64,000 nucleotides of DNA from an uncultured Chloroflexia bacterium (GCA_963724295.1 CAVRUC010000004.1:32001-96000); one strand, 5' to 3'; shown: positions 30,059 through 40,061, numbered from the stretch's first letter. Translations and numbers: made by a program. Notes: generated by a model not told the origin, from the letters alone.

Positions 30059-31472
30059 CCACGACCTCCAGCTTTCCCAGCTCGTCGCGAATCAGGTCGG
30101 AAAGAGCCCATTCCCGGCGCTGCCGCAATTCCTCCCGGACCCGCAGCAGCAGATCGATGAAGGGAGCCGCATCAGCCACGGCCGTCGCGGCGTCGTCTGC
30201 CAGGTCGAGTCCAAGCACCCCAGCCAGATCGACCAGGGTCACCCGCGCTGGTTCAATCGCTTCAGCCGGCTCACCGGCACCCCGCGCCCGGTTGATCGCC
30301 CGTGCCAGATCGAACAACGCGGCAAGCGCTTCCGGGGCGTTGAAATCATCATCCATCGCCTCGCGGAACCGGCAGCGCACGTCCTCGGCCAGAACCGCGA
30401 GATCGGTCGCCGCGTCGAAGTCATCGTCCGTCGGCGCCACTGACGACGCGGCTGGGTCAGCGGCCGCGCGCAAGCGGGAGAGACCCCGCTCCGCGGCCAG
30501 CAATCCTTCCTCGGTGTACGTCACCGGTGCCCGATAGTGGCTTTGCAGGACCATCAGGCGAAAAGCCGAACCCAGTCCTCGGTCGACGATCTCCTTCAGG
30601 CGGACGAAGTTTCCAAGTGACTTGGACATCTTCTCCGCACCTACGCGCACCAGACCGTTATGCACCCAGTAGCGGGCAAACGGCTCGACGCCGAGGAACG
30701 ACTCGCTCTGGGCGATCTCGTTCTCGTGGTGCGGGAAGATGAGATCGGCGCCGCCCCCGTGGATATCGATCTGCCCATCGAGATAGGTCGAGCTCATCGC
30801 CGAGCATTCGATGTGCCAGCCGGGTCGGCCGCGACCCCAGGGCGACTCCCAGCTCGGCTCGCCCGGTTTGGCGGCTTTCCAGAGCGCGAAGTCGAGCGGG
30901 TCCTCTTTCCGCTCGTCGACCTCGATGCGTGCTCCCGCCAGCAGATCGTCGAGGTCGCGGTGAGACAGCTTGCCGTAGCCGGCGAACGAGCGCACCCGAA
31001 AGTAGACGTCGCCGTCGACCGGGTAGGCGTGGCCCCGGTCGATGAGGCCCTGCACCATCGCGATGATCGGTCCGACCTCTTCCGTCGCCCGCGGGTAATG
31101 CGACGCGGGCAAGACATTGAGACGACGCATCTGGGCGTGCCACTCCGCGATGTAGCTCTCCGTCAGCGCGTCGGGATCGATGCCCTCCGCATTGGCGCGA
31201 TTGATGATCTTGTCGTCGATGTCGGTGAAGTTCTGGATGTGCCGTACCTCGTAGCCGCGATGCTCCAGATAGCGGCGAATCACGTCGAACGAAATCAGCG
31301 ACATCCCATGACCGACATGCGCGCTGTCGTAGGGCGTCACCCCGCAGACGTACATGCGGACCTTGCCCGGCTCGATCGTTTGCAGCGGCTCTTTGCGCCG
31401 GGTAAGCGTGTTGTAGACGCGGATGCCTGCCGTCGCCGGCTCGGTTTTGACCGCCGCCCGGGATGCTGTCAT
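30012..31472 (-). CDS. cysS: Cysteine--tRNA ligase
   Basis: [37 protein letters not shown]. Confidence 0.97.
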   Translation of the reverse strand: MTASRAAVKTEPATAGIRVYNTLTRRKEPLQTIEPGKVRMYVCGVTPYDSAHVGHGMSLISFDVIRRYLEHRGYEVRHIQNFTDIDDKIINRANAEGIDPDALTESYIAEWHAQMRRLNVLPASHYPRATEEVGPIIAMVQGLIDRGHAYPVDGDVYFRVRSFAGYGKLSHRDLDDLLAGARIEVDERKEDPLDFALWKAAKPGEPSWESPWGRGRPGWHIECSAMSSTYLDGQIDIHGGGADLIFPHHENEIAQSESFLGVEPFARYWVHNGLVRVGAEKMSKSLGNFVRLKEIVDRGLGSAFRLMVLQSHYRAPVTYTEEGLLAAERGLSRLRAAADPAASSVAPTDDDFDAATDLAVLAEDVRCRFREAMDDDFNAPEALAALFDLARAINRARGAGEPAEAIEPARVTLVDLAGVLGLDLADDAATAVADAAPFIDLLLRVREELRQRREWALSDLIRDELGKLEVVVEDTPAGATWTQRRG

Positions 31473-31515
31473 GCTGCGAACTCCTCGATGGTCAGATGCA
31501 AAAGGGGTCGCGAGT

Positions 31516-32196
31516 CTATCGAGGAGGGCAGAGCGTCTCCCGGTCGGCGTGGTCGTGCTCGATCTCGCGCACACGCGCCTCGAGCTCCTCGATCCGTTGC
31601 ATGAGCGAGATCATGGTGTCCCGGTCCGGATCCGGCAGGTGCTCCAGCCGCCGCGTCTCCCCCGACGCCGGATCGCGCCAGGAGACGGCCCGCGCCGGCA
31701 TCCCCACGGCGGTGGTGTGGGGCGGCACGTCTTTGAGCACAACCGACCCCGCGCCGACTCTAGCTCCCTCGCCGATCGTCACCGCGCCGAGCACCGACGC
31801 GCCAACGCCGATGACGGCGTGATCCTCGACGGTGGGATGCCGCTTGCCGCGCTGCTTCCCCGTCCCACCCAGCGTCACCCCCTGGTACATGGTGACGTCA
31901 TCGCCAATGGAGGCGGTCTCACCGATGACGACACCCATGCCGTGGTCGATGAAGACACCCTGGCCGATCCTGGCTCCGGGGTGAATCTCAATCCCGGTAA
32001 TCGCCCGGCTCAGCTGGGCCAGCAATCGCGCGGGAAGATAGAGACCGGTCCGCCACAGCCAGTGCGCTACACGGTGGAACGCAATGGCGTGCAGCCCGGA
32101 CGACGTCAGAATCGCCTCGACAGTCGAGCGTGAGGCTGGGTCACGTTCCCGGATGGCACGAATTTCCCTCGAGAACAACACGACGGGACCTTTCAT
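31516..32196 (-). CDS. cysE: Serine O-acetyltransferase
   Basis: [38 protein letters not shown]. Confidence 0.95.
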   Translation of the reverse strand: MKGPVVLFSREIRAIRERDPASRSTVEAILTSSGLHAIAFHRVAHWLWRTGLYLPARLLAQLSRAITGIEIHPGARIGQGVFIDHGMGVVIGETASIGDDVTMYQGVTLGGTGKQRGKRHPTVEDHAVIGVGASVLGAVTIGEGARVGAGSVVLKDVPPHTTAVGMPARAVSWRDPASGETRRLEHLPDPDRDTMISLMQRIEELEARVREIEHDHADRETLCPPR

Positions 32197-32372
32197 TAGT
32201 GCGGACGGCTGCGAGTAGCCACGCGGGTCGCGATGTCCCGCCGCGGCGGTAGTCCGGGGCGCCGGGCGCGCCCCTAGAGACAGGAGCAGTGACCTCCGCA
32301 CCCCGAGCCGCGATGCTCGGGGATCCAGTGGCAAAGCGGCGTGCGCTCGATCGGCGCCGGGGGCCTCATCAT

Positions 32373-32696
32373 CTAGTCAGCTACCTTGGCCGGGCTCTTC
32401 TCGGTCTTCGCCGGAGCACTCGACTTTTCTGCTTTCTCGGCCTTCACGGGCGCATCTGATTTGTCTACCGCTTTGGACGGAGCATCCTTTGCCCCGTCGC
32501 CGCTTTCGCTGGAGCTTTTCGGCCGGCTGTCAGTGATGTACCAGCCTGACCCCTTGAAGACAACGCCGACCGGCTGAATGACACGGCGAATTGATGCGCT
32601 ACATCGCGGGCACTTGGTCAATGGATCGTCCGCGAACCGCTGCACGGCTTCGAAGCCGTGCCCGCAACTGTCGCATTGGTAGGTGTATGTCGGCAT
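32373..32696 (-). CDS. FmdB family zinc-ribbon protein
   Basis: [12 protein letters not shown]...CPRC...[10 protein letters not shown]. Confidence 0.92.
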   Translation of the reverse strand: MPTYTYQCDSCGHGFEAVQRFADDPLTKCPRCSASIRRVIQPVGVVFKGSGWYITDSRPKSSSESGDGAKDAPSKAVDKSDAPVKAEKAEKSSAPAKTEKSPAKVAD

Positions 32697-32905
32697 CGCT
32701 CGATCTGCTCTCCGAAATTGGTCACGACAGTAGTGCTGGCCGGATTGTACCCACAACGGAACCCTCCACAATCCGGCTCCCGCCACGATGGTCCGCTTGT
32801 CCTACACCGTGGATGAGGGCTGGTCGCTCGCGGCCTGAGTCCCGCCGCATCGTCGCGTGCTAAATTGGACTGGCTTTGCGGAGGACGCGACTTATCCGCA
32901 AACCG

Positions 32906-33556
32906 TCAGGACTCCCTGCGTAGCGCCCGGCGCAGGCGCTCGCCCAGCGGGGGGCGAGGGAGTGGATCGCTCTCCCCCTGGACCCAGAGCGGGCAGTCGT
33001 CATGGAAGTGCAACCAGTTGACGCGGATCGGCGGGGAATCGAAGTAGACCCCGGTGTTGTCCTCCAAGCGCAGCACGAACTCGCGCCCATCCGGCGTCTC
33101 GAATACCGTGAGTTCCTGGGCGATCCGCTGCTGCAACCATGCCTCGGTCATGGGAACCTGTAGAACGCTGCGCGGTGCCAACACCTGCGGCAACTCGGGA
33201 AATGGGAACGCGTCTCCGGTTTCAGTCGGAACCACGCTGAACCCGCGCTGAGCGCCTGGCAAGTGAAACATGACCCACGCCGATTCAATGGTGACGGGCA
33301 GCCCACCCACGTTTGCCCCGACTATGATCACCACCCCCGGTGGGAAGTGCCGGGACGGCAGCATCCTGCCACCACGACGGCAGCGGACATTGACCCGCGT
33401 CGCCGTTTCCGCCTCCAGGGCGCGGCGGGCAATGGTGTTGGCTTCCGTGGCTCGCACCCACGCCAATCCAGCAACGATCGCCGATATGACAGCGGCGACC
33501 GCCGAGATCAGCGCGAAGAGCCCTGCTTGATCGCCACTAGGAGAGGTCAACGGCAC
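32906..33556 (-). CDS. Hypothetical protein with N-terminal TM helix (island accessory gene)
   Basis: 216-aa ORF, hydrophobic N-terminus, globular remainder, divergent from the replication module. Confidence 0.65.
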   Translation of the reverse strand: MPLTSPSGDQAGLFALISAVAAVISAIVAGLAWVRATEANTIARRALEAETATRVNVRCRRGGRMLPSRHFPPGVVIIVGANVGGLPVTIESAWVMFHLPGAQRGFSVVPTETGDAFPFPELPQVLAPRSVLQVPMTEAWLQQRIAQELTVFETPDGREFVLRLEDNTGVYFDSPPIRVNWLHFHDDCPLWVQGESDPLPRPPLGERLRRALRRES

Positions 33557-33649
33557 CCCCGGTGACCCGCCGCCACCAACGTCGCCATTCTACCTAGCAC
33601 CTGCACTTAACGGCTGACCGCAGTAAATGAGGTCTTTTTGGCTAAGAGG

Positions 33650-33678
33650 TTGTCATCGGCATGCGGTGGCGGTATACT
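33650..33678 (+). promoter_or_regulatory. Sigma70-type promoter of the island replication module
   Basis: TTGTCA-N17-TATACT. Confidence 0.7.
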
Positions 33679-33790
33679 CTGAGGGAATCCAACGGGCGGA
33701 CGCCAAAGTGACCTGGGTCACGCGCCTAGTGCCTGTCGGACCGAAAGCCGGGACAACTGCGTCCCGGCGCGGTCTTGATGGGAGAGGCGC

Positions 33791-34027
33791 ATGTCCGTTG
33801 CTACTGCCACCGACACGGTCGCCGAACGTCGCGAGAAAACGGCGAAGGCGAGAGCCGCGTTCGGCAGCAAGTTTTCCTCTGACGAAGAACGGAGCGCGTA
33901 CTTCACGGTGCTGAGTCGCAAGGCTCACGCGGCGCGACGTGTGCTCGACGCGGATGAAGTCGCCACGATCACGACGGCGACGGCCATGCTGGCTGAACTC
34001 TTCCTGACCGACCCCGACCTGTCGTAA
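33791..34027 (+). CDS. Small phage/ICE-type hypothetical protein
   Basis: GGGAGAGG RBS; TAKARAAF...AYFTVLSRKA...RR pattern recalled from actinophage/ICE small proteins. Confidence 0.65.
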   Translation: MSVATATDTVAERREKTAKARAAFGSKFSSDEERSAYFTVLSRKAHAARRVLDADEVATITTATAMLAELFLTDPDLS

Positions 34028-34089
34028 TCAAACGCCGACCCCCGGCGTAATGCTTGGCAGCGGCCGGGGGTCTGGCAGAGGAAGATGCT

Positions 34090-34317
34090 GTGCCGATTAG
34101 TATACCAACCAGACCCCTCGATCTCGTTCCCACCGAAGCCGCCCTCGCCCGGTGTTCCGGGTGCCGTCGCCCCATCACGGCGCGATTCCACCTTGCCCTG
34201 GAAACCCTGCGTGCCGCATCCCAACGACCAGCGACGCCCGAGATGCTCTTGCTCTGCGGCACCTGCCAGAAGCTGTTCATCCTGAGTTTGCGACCGGCGC
34301 TGGAGGCGTGGTCATGA
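34090..34317 (+). CDS. Small zinc-finger protein (CxxC...CxxC)
   Basis: CSGC and CGTC; GAGGA RBS; ATGA overlap with the primase start. Confidence 0.65.
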   Translation: MPISIPTRPLDLVPTEAALARCSGCRRPITARFHLALETLRAASQRPATPEMLLLCGTCQKLFILSLRPALEAWS

Positions 34318-36407
34318 GTGCCACCGTCGCCGCCGGGCAACGCTTCAACCGACACCACCCGTGCCCGATCTGCGGGGGGCATTCGCAACTCCCGCCAGGA
34401 CGGGGCGAGCGGTGCTATGGCTTTCTGTCCTCCGATCGGGAATACGCCCACTGCGTGAGAGAGGATTACGCGGGCGATCTCGTCGCCGGTCGAGACGGGG
34501 CATTTGCCCACAAGCTGACTGGCCGCTGTCGCTGTGGTCGGAGCCACGACGGCACGCCCGACCCGACGATGTCCCGCAATGGACACAAGCCCGACGACCC
34601 GCCACCGCGACCGATCGGACCCGCACGCCGCTGGCTGATTGCGGAGATCGACGGTGATCGGATCGAGCATGTCCGGCAAAACCTCGACAACGGCGGGAAG
34701 CAGATGTGGTGGACGACGAACGGTCAGAAGGGGCTGTTCGGGCGTCACCCGATCGATTTCCCGTTCTACGGCATCGACGGCATCAACGGCGACGTCAAGG
34801 GAACCGTCATCGTTGAGGGAGAACCAGCACGCGACGCCCTCAGCCCGCTGGCGGATGAAATCGATCTCGTCGTGCTTGGCACGACGACCGGCGCGAAGAC
34901 CTGTCCCAGCGACGACATCCTGCGGACGGTGCAGCCGGGTCCGGTGGTCCTGTGGGGTGACGCCGACTCCGATGGCGAACAGCACATGCTGATGATCACG
35001 GAAGGGATGGAGCGGATCGGGCGACGGGATGATGTCCACCGCATGGTCTGGCCGGAGGCGCGACCCGACTCCGGTGACGACGCCGCCGACTTCGTGGAGC
35101 AGGGAGCGACCGTCACCGATCTGAAACGACTCGACACCCCGGCGTTTTTCGAGGAAAAGGTTTCTGACCGATATAAGACAGGGGTTTGGTCAGAAGGAAA
35201 ATTGAAGTTCCACTCGGCGCGGGAGATTGCCGAGATGACCCCCAAGCGACCGCCGTGGATCGCGGTGCCGTGGCTGGTGGCGGGAGGCATCACCGAGCTT
35301 GACGGGAAGATCAAAGCCTCGGGCAAGACGACGTTCGCCACCCACATGTGTCGGGCCATCCTCGATGGGTAGCCGTTCCTGGGCCGACCGACGCAGAAAT
35401 CACCGATCGTCTATCTCAGCGAGCAATCTCGAACCACGTTTCGCGAGGCACTGCGTCGCGCCGATCTCCTCGACCGCGACGACATTCGGGTGATCTTCTG
35501 GCACGAAACGACCCGCCTGTCCTGGCCGGAGATCGTGCGCGAAGCGCGGGCTGAGGCCAAGGAAATCGGAGCGCGGGTCATCGTCGTCGATACCCTCGAC
35601 CAGTTCGCGGGGATAGTGGGTGACGAAGAAAACAGCGCCGGGGCGGCTCGCAACGCCATGCGACCGCTGCAAGAAGCCACGGCGGTGGATGATCTGGGCA
35701 TCAAAGTGCTGCGGCACGAGCGGAAATCGGGTGGCGACGTGGGTGACTCCGCTCGCGGATCGTCCGCCTTCGGGGGAGCCGCCGACATCCTGTTGCGGCT
35801 GAAACGTGCCGAAGGGAACACGCGACCCACGGTCCGCGTGATCGACTCCCTCTCACGCTTCGACGAGACACCCGATTCGCTCGTGATCGAACTCACCGAC
35901 GATGTGTATACGGCTCACGGTGACGTTCAGGCGGTCGCCACCCACGAGGCATCGGTCGCGATCTTCGCCGCTGCTCCGACGAGTGAGGACGCGGCGCTCA
36001 CTGAAGACGAGCTGCTCGACGTCGCTGATGACGCTGTGACGCGGAGCACCGGACGACGAGCGATCAATGCTCACCTCGACGCGGGTCGTCTGCTGCGGAC
36101 CGGCGAGGGGAAGCGCGGTGATCCGTATCGCTTCTGGCGACCAGAGCCAGAAAAGGTTTCTGACCAAACTACTCACTTATACCGGTCACAAACCTTTTCG
36201 GGCACAAACGATGACGCCCCCGACGATCCCGTTCCGAGGTCAGAAAAGGTTTCTGACCAAACACAGGTAGTTTGGTCAGAAAGAAACGAGGACGCGGTAA
36301 CACCTGTAACACGCGGTCCGCCGCGAGGCTGTATCTACCCGAAACGATGCGTGAACGGCGCGATGTGCGACCACGCCCGGACCTACGGGGAGTGCCTTGG
36401 TGTCTGA
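34314..36407 (+). pseudogene. Primase-helicase (Zn-binding + TOPRIM + RepA/AAA_25 SF4-type ATPase) interrupted by in-frame TAG at 35370-35372
   Basis: CPICGG...C; IVEGE..D, WGDADSDG, DDAAD (TOPRIM); Walker A GKIKASGKT; the same frame continues PFLG..IVYLSEQ...IVVDTL...RHERK...ARGSSAFGGAAD. Confidence 0.88.
35154..36282. repeat. Three GAAAAGGTTTCTGACC repeats, each with an inverted partner (putative replication origin iterons)
   Basis: Exact 16-mer at 35154, 36150 and 36243; inverted arms at 35185-35195, 36184-36199 and 36270-36282. Confidence 0.8.
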
Positions 36408-36977
36408 GAACGACCCTCGCTACCTGCTGCTCACCGATGGACAGGGCCGAACCACGGCAGCCACGATCCGGCGACCGGATTGCTGACCGTGACCGGCGTC
36501 GCCCTGACAGTCTGCTGGCGATTCATCGAGTAAGGCAATGAGTGCGTTTCCGTTCTCATTGTCCACTGCTAAGCGTCATCTAAAACTCCTAAAACCATTT
36601 CTCCGGATGTAGCCAGCCCCCCACCCTCGCATCAGGCTCGGGCGCTGGGCTCGGAGACGCGACCGCTCGCTATCCGTCCCGACCGTCTCGAGCGCCTGGC
36701 AACCTGACTCAAATGAGCCAGGAAAAGATGCTCCTTTCGCGTGATGAAGGATCTGCACCTCAAGCCTAGGCTCAGAGCATTCGGTGTCCAGCACCAGTCT
36801 GAGACGAGGCTAATAGCTCTTCGCTTTCAAACGAAGACGGCAAGAACGAGTCTACGCCGATCGGCGATAGCTGGTTGCCTGACATGATCGTGCGGATACC
36901 GGTATAGGCGGGGCGTACCCCGGATGCGGTGGGCGGCAGTGATTGCCGCTTCGACACGGAGGAGGACACTGCAGACT

Positions 36978-37757
36978 ATGGATGCAGAACGGTTCGATAG
37001 GCTCACGAAGCAGTTGTCGACAACGCGACTGACCCGATTGAGCGTGATCCGCGGACTCGCTGTGGGGGCCGCGGCGGCGCTCACCGGAACGACGATCAGC
37101 ACCGACCGGGCCATGGCCGGGCGGTGTAAACGAGAGGGCCAAATTTGCGAGGGCGGCCCTGAGCAGTGTTGCCCTGGCACGGTCTGTAATGGCGGCGAAA
37201 ACCCCACCAAGTGTCGGGACTGCGGCGAGAGCGGTCAGTTTTGCTGCGTATCGACCACTCCCTGCACCGCTCCGGGGGAAACCTGCCTCCCGGGCGGCAT
37301 CTGCGGACCTGCTCCTTGCGGTGGTACCGGCCAGCCCTGCTGTGAGACCGGGGACGAGTGCACCGAGCCAGAAGACATCTGTCTCTCCAACGACACGTGC
37401 GGTCCGGCGGGGTCGTGCGGTGGTACCGGCGAACACTGCTGTGAGACCGGGGACGAGTGCACCGAGCCAGAAGACATCTGTCTCTCCAACGACACGTGCG
37501 GTCCGGCGGGGTCGTGCGGTGGTACCGGCCAGCCCTGCTGCCAGCCGGGGGACATCTGCACCGAGTCAGGACAGGTCTGTCTCCCGAACGACACGTGCGG
37601 CACGCTGCCCGGTGTGGAATGTAAAACCGGGGAAACCGCCCTGGAATGCTGCATTCGCGCCGTCAAGGGGCCCTGCAATCGGAAGCAAAGCAGCCCAACA
37701 GCGAGGCGGAACTGCAAGAGACGCGGGCGGAAGCGCTGCATCGCGGCGTTCGGATAG
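36978..37757 (+). CDS. Secreted cysteine-rich repeat protein with MDAERFDRL leader
   Basis: GGAGG RBS region; leader + TRLSVIRGL + hydrophobic stretch; 33-aa six-Cys repeats. Confidence 0.85.
   Translation: MDAERFDRLTKQLSTTRLTRLSVIRGLAVGAAAALTGTTISTDRAMAGRCKREGQICEGGPEQCCPGTVCNGGENPTKCRDCGESGQFCCVSTTPCTAPGETCLPGGICGPAPCGGTGQPCCETGDECTEPEDICLSNDTCGPAGSCGGTGEHCCETGDECTEPEDICLSNDTCGPAGSCGGTGQPCCQPGDICTESGQVCLPNDTCGTLPGVECKTGETALECCIRAVKGPCNRKQSSPTARRNCKRRGRKRCIAAFG
37317..37601 (+). repeat. 99-bp coding tandem repeat, about 3 copies
   Basis: Units start at 37317, 37416 and 37515; the first two are nearly identical (CGGTG.PCCETGDECTEPEDICLSNDTCGPAGS). Confidence 0.9.
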
Positions 37758-38093
37758 AGAAACGAAACCCGTCTGCCCTCCGTCATCGCCAGTCGCGATG
37801 GCGGAGGGCCATCTCCAGGCAACGCACGTGTGACGCCGTTGACACCGGCATGACCGGGAACGGGTCTCCAGCGCAACGCCCCGGCATCCCTTCGCCGGGG
37901 CGTTGCGACGCTCCGTGGCACGGACCATGGTCGCGTGTGTCCGATGCGGCACCCTCCTGGATCTCACGACCATGGCCTCCTTGCTGGGTATCTCCCCTGT
38001 GCAAGTCCAGCACGCTTGGCGAGGTCATTCATCGCTCGTGGAAGGACAAAATCGGCCCGTGACGAGTTGTCATTCGCAATTGGATGTCGTGCC

Positions 38094-38471
38094 ATGACCG
38101 CGGTGATTCGCCTGGTACTCGTCGATGACCACGTCGCATTTCGCCAATCACTGGCCATGATTCTGATCCGGGAGCCTGACCTGGTCGTGCTGGCGCAGGC
38201 GGGATCGGTGATCGAGGCCCATGAGATGCTGGCTCGCGTGCGCGATGTCGGTGTCGCGCTGATTGACCTGCAATTGCCAGACGGCGATGGGGTCGAGGTC
38301 ATCCGAGCTATCGGAGTCACGCACCCGCAGGCGCAGATTCTGGCGCTGACGGCGGTCATCGACCCGGTGCACCATGGACGGGCGACCGACGCGGGGGCGG
38401 CTGCCATCATCAGCAAAGGGGCGCAGCCCACTGAGATCGTTGCTTCAATCCGGCAAGCCGACGCTGGCTAG
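38094..38471 (+). CDS. Stand-alone response regulator receiver domain (NarL type, no HTH)
   Basis: VLVDDH, LIDLQLPDGDG, LTA, ISK; stops before any output domain. Confidence 0.85.
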   Translation: MTAVIRLVLVDDHVAFRQSLAMILIREPDLVVLAQAGSVIEAHEMLARVRDVGVALIDLQLPDGDGVEVIRAIGVTHPQAQILALTAVIDPVHHGRATDAGAAAIISKGAQPTEIVASIRQADAG

Positions 38472-38584
38472 ATGGTCGCGCATCGACGCGCTAACACGAC
38501 GCGACTCAAGCCATCTCGAAGGCGTCGGCCGGCTGGCCTTCTCTCCCCACCGAGCGGGTCGCCTTGCGGTTCTCGGTTCTTGGG

Positions 38585-38850
38585 CTAGTTGCGAGTGCCG
38601 ATGGGTTTCCTCTTCTGAGGAGCGCGATCCCCCGATCCCTCCTTGATGCTTTGGGCGCTAACGGCGCCGCGTAGCGGAGAGCAGACCCCTTGCAACCCAC
38701 GCTGGCAGCAGCTGCGCACGCAGACACTGCCTGCTGGGCATTGGCTACTGCTGGTGCAGAGCGGTTCAGAACAGGATTCTAGGGGCTCGACGCAAGCACT
38801 CGTTCCCTCGGCTGTCAGGAAGCAGAGACACAAGTCTCCGTGGCAATGGA
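38585..38850 (-). pseudogene. Fragment of a cysteine-rich secreted protein
   Basis: CHGDLCLCFLTAEGTSAC...CTSSSQCPAGSVCVRSCC; no credible start or leader. Confidence 0.5.
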
Positions 38851-39063
38851 AAGGTTCGTCCCAAACTAGCATCCACCGCCTGAGCACACCGGGGCGAGCG
38901 CCGCTCCTCATCAGCGTCCGCGATCTGGCCCGGATATGGGCCGATTCGGCCCATCCCGCCACGACCCGCGGGCGCGACACTGGGACGAAACAGGATTATG
39001 TCGATGCACGGCCACAGCCACCGGAGCAGGCGGACCGGTCGCAGGAAGGTGGGGGAGATCGTC

Positions 39064-39795
39064 GTGGCGGAGCAGGACGGGGCGGCGGAGCAGGAGCCGA
39101 TCGGCGCGCCGATCCGGGTGGTGCTGGTTGACGACCACCTCGCGTTTCAGGATGCCCTGGCCTTCATGCTGCTGCGGGAGCCGGACATCACCGTCATCGG
39201 CCAAGCCGGCACGGTGGCGGAGGCGCGCCCCCTGCTGCCCTTGGCCGACATCGCTCTCATCGACCTGCACCTGCCGGACGGGGAGGGGATTAGCCTGCTC
39301 CACGAACTGCGCTCCGTCAATCCCCAGGCCATCGCCGTGCTGCTCACCGGGGACGACAGCACCCTGGCGATGGCCCGTGCGGTGGAGGCCGGAGCGGCCG
39401 GCGTGCTCCACAAGTCGCGTCCGGCCAGCGAGGTCGTGGCGGCCATCCGCCGCCTGCACGCGGGGGAATCCCTGGTGTCGCTGCGCGACAACATCGAGCT
39501 GCTGCGCATCAGCCATCGGCAGCGGGAACAGGACCGTGCCGTTCACGCGACGATCGACCGGCTGACGCCGCGGGAACGGGACGTGCTGCACGCCCTGGCA
39601 CTGGGGCTGTCCGATCACGACATGGCCGAGCACCTCTTCGTGTGCACCGAAACGGTGCGCACCCATATGGTCAATGTGCTGCGCAAGCTCGAGGTCGACT
39701 CCCGTCTCCAAGCCCTGGTCTTCGCCGTGCGGCACCACTTGGTGAGCCTCGATGCCCCTGGCCCGGGCGCACCGGTGTACCGGTCGGCGGTCTAA
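39064..39795 (+). CDS. NarL/LuxR family response regulator
   Basis: Receiver VLVDDH...IDLHLPDG; LuxR HTH LTPRERDVL...ETVRTHM...KLEVDSRLQA. Confidence 0.93.
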   Translation: MAEQDGAAEQEPIGAPIRVVLVDDHLAFQDALAFMLLREPDITVIGQAGTVAEARPLLPLADIALIDLHLPDGEGISLLHELRSVNPQAIAVLLTGDDSTLAMARAVEAGAAGVLHKSRPASEVVAAIRRLHAGESLVSLRDNIELLRISHRQREQDRAVHATIDRLTPRERDVLHALALGLSDHDMAEHLFVCTETVRTHMVNVLRKLEVDSRLQALVFAVRHHLVSLDAPGPGAPVYRSAV

Positions 39796-40061
39796 CGCCC
39801 AACCGCTGCGCGCCCCAGCTTGACGACGTCGGGCGGCGACCCAAGAGGGTCGTCGTTTTCGTGTGCGCTGGTCGCGATGCTCCCGAACTGAGAAGGGCCG
39901 GCGCAGGCGTCAGCAAGGGATAGCCTCGTGAGCGCAGATCGCCGGGCTCAAGGCAGAGCTAGGGCTAAGCCTGCATCTGTGCTTTTCGGAACATTGGTCA
40001 TGATGTGAAGCACGCTATAACGCGATTGACCCAACTCGACAGGGAGCAGATGAGGACTGAT

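Noticed and set aside
35370..35372. Pyrrolysine or genetic-code reassignment of TAG
   Set aside because: TAG is a normal stop in many genes here (e.g. 9798, 12410, 13351) and no pyl genes are in the window
37317..37601. Regularly spaced repeats that might be a CRISPR array
   Set aside because: Whole 99-bp units are repeated in frame within a CDS; there are no unique spacers and no cas genes
37850..38097. Small CxxC-containing ORF (MVACVRCG...) before the receiver gene
   Set aside because: No convincing RBS or family resemblance; may be a decayed gene but unsupported
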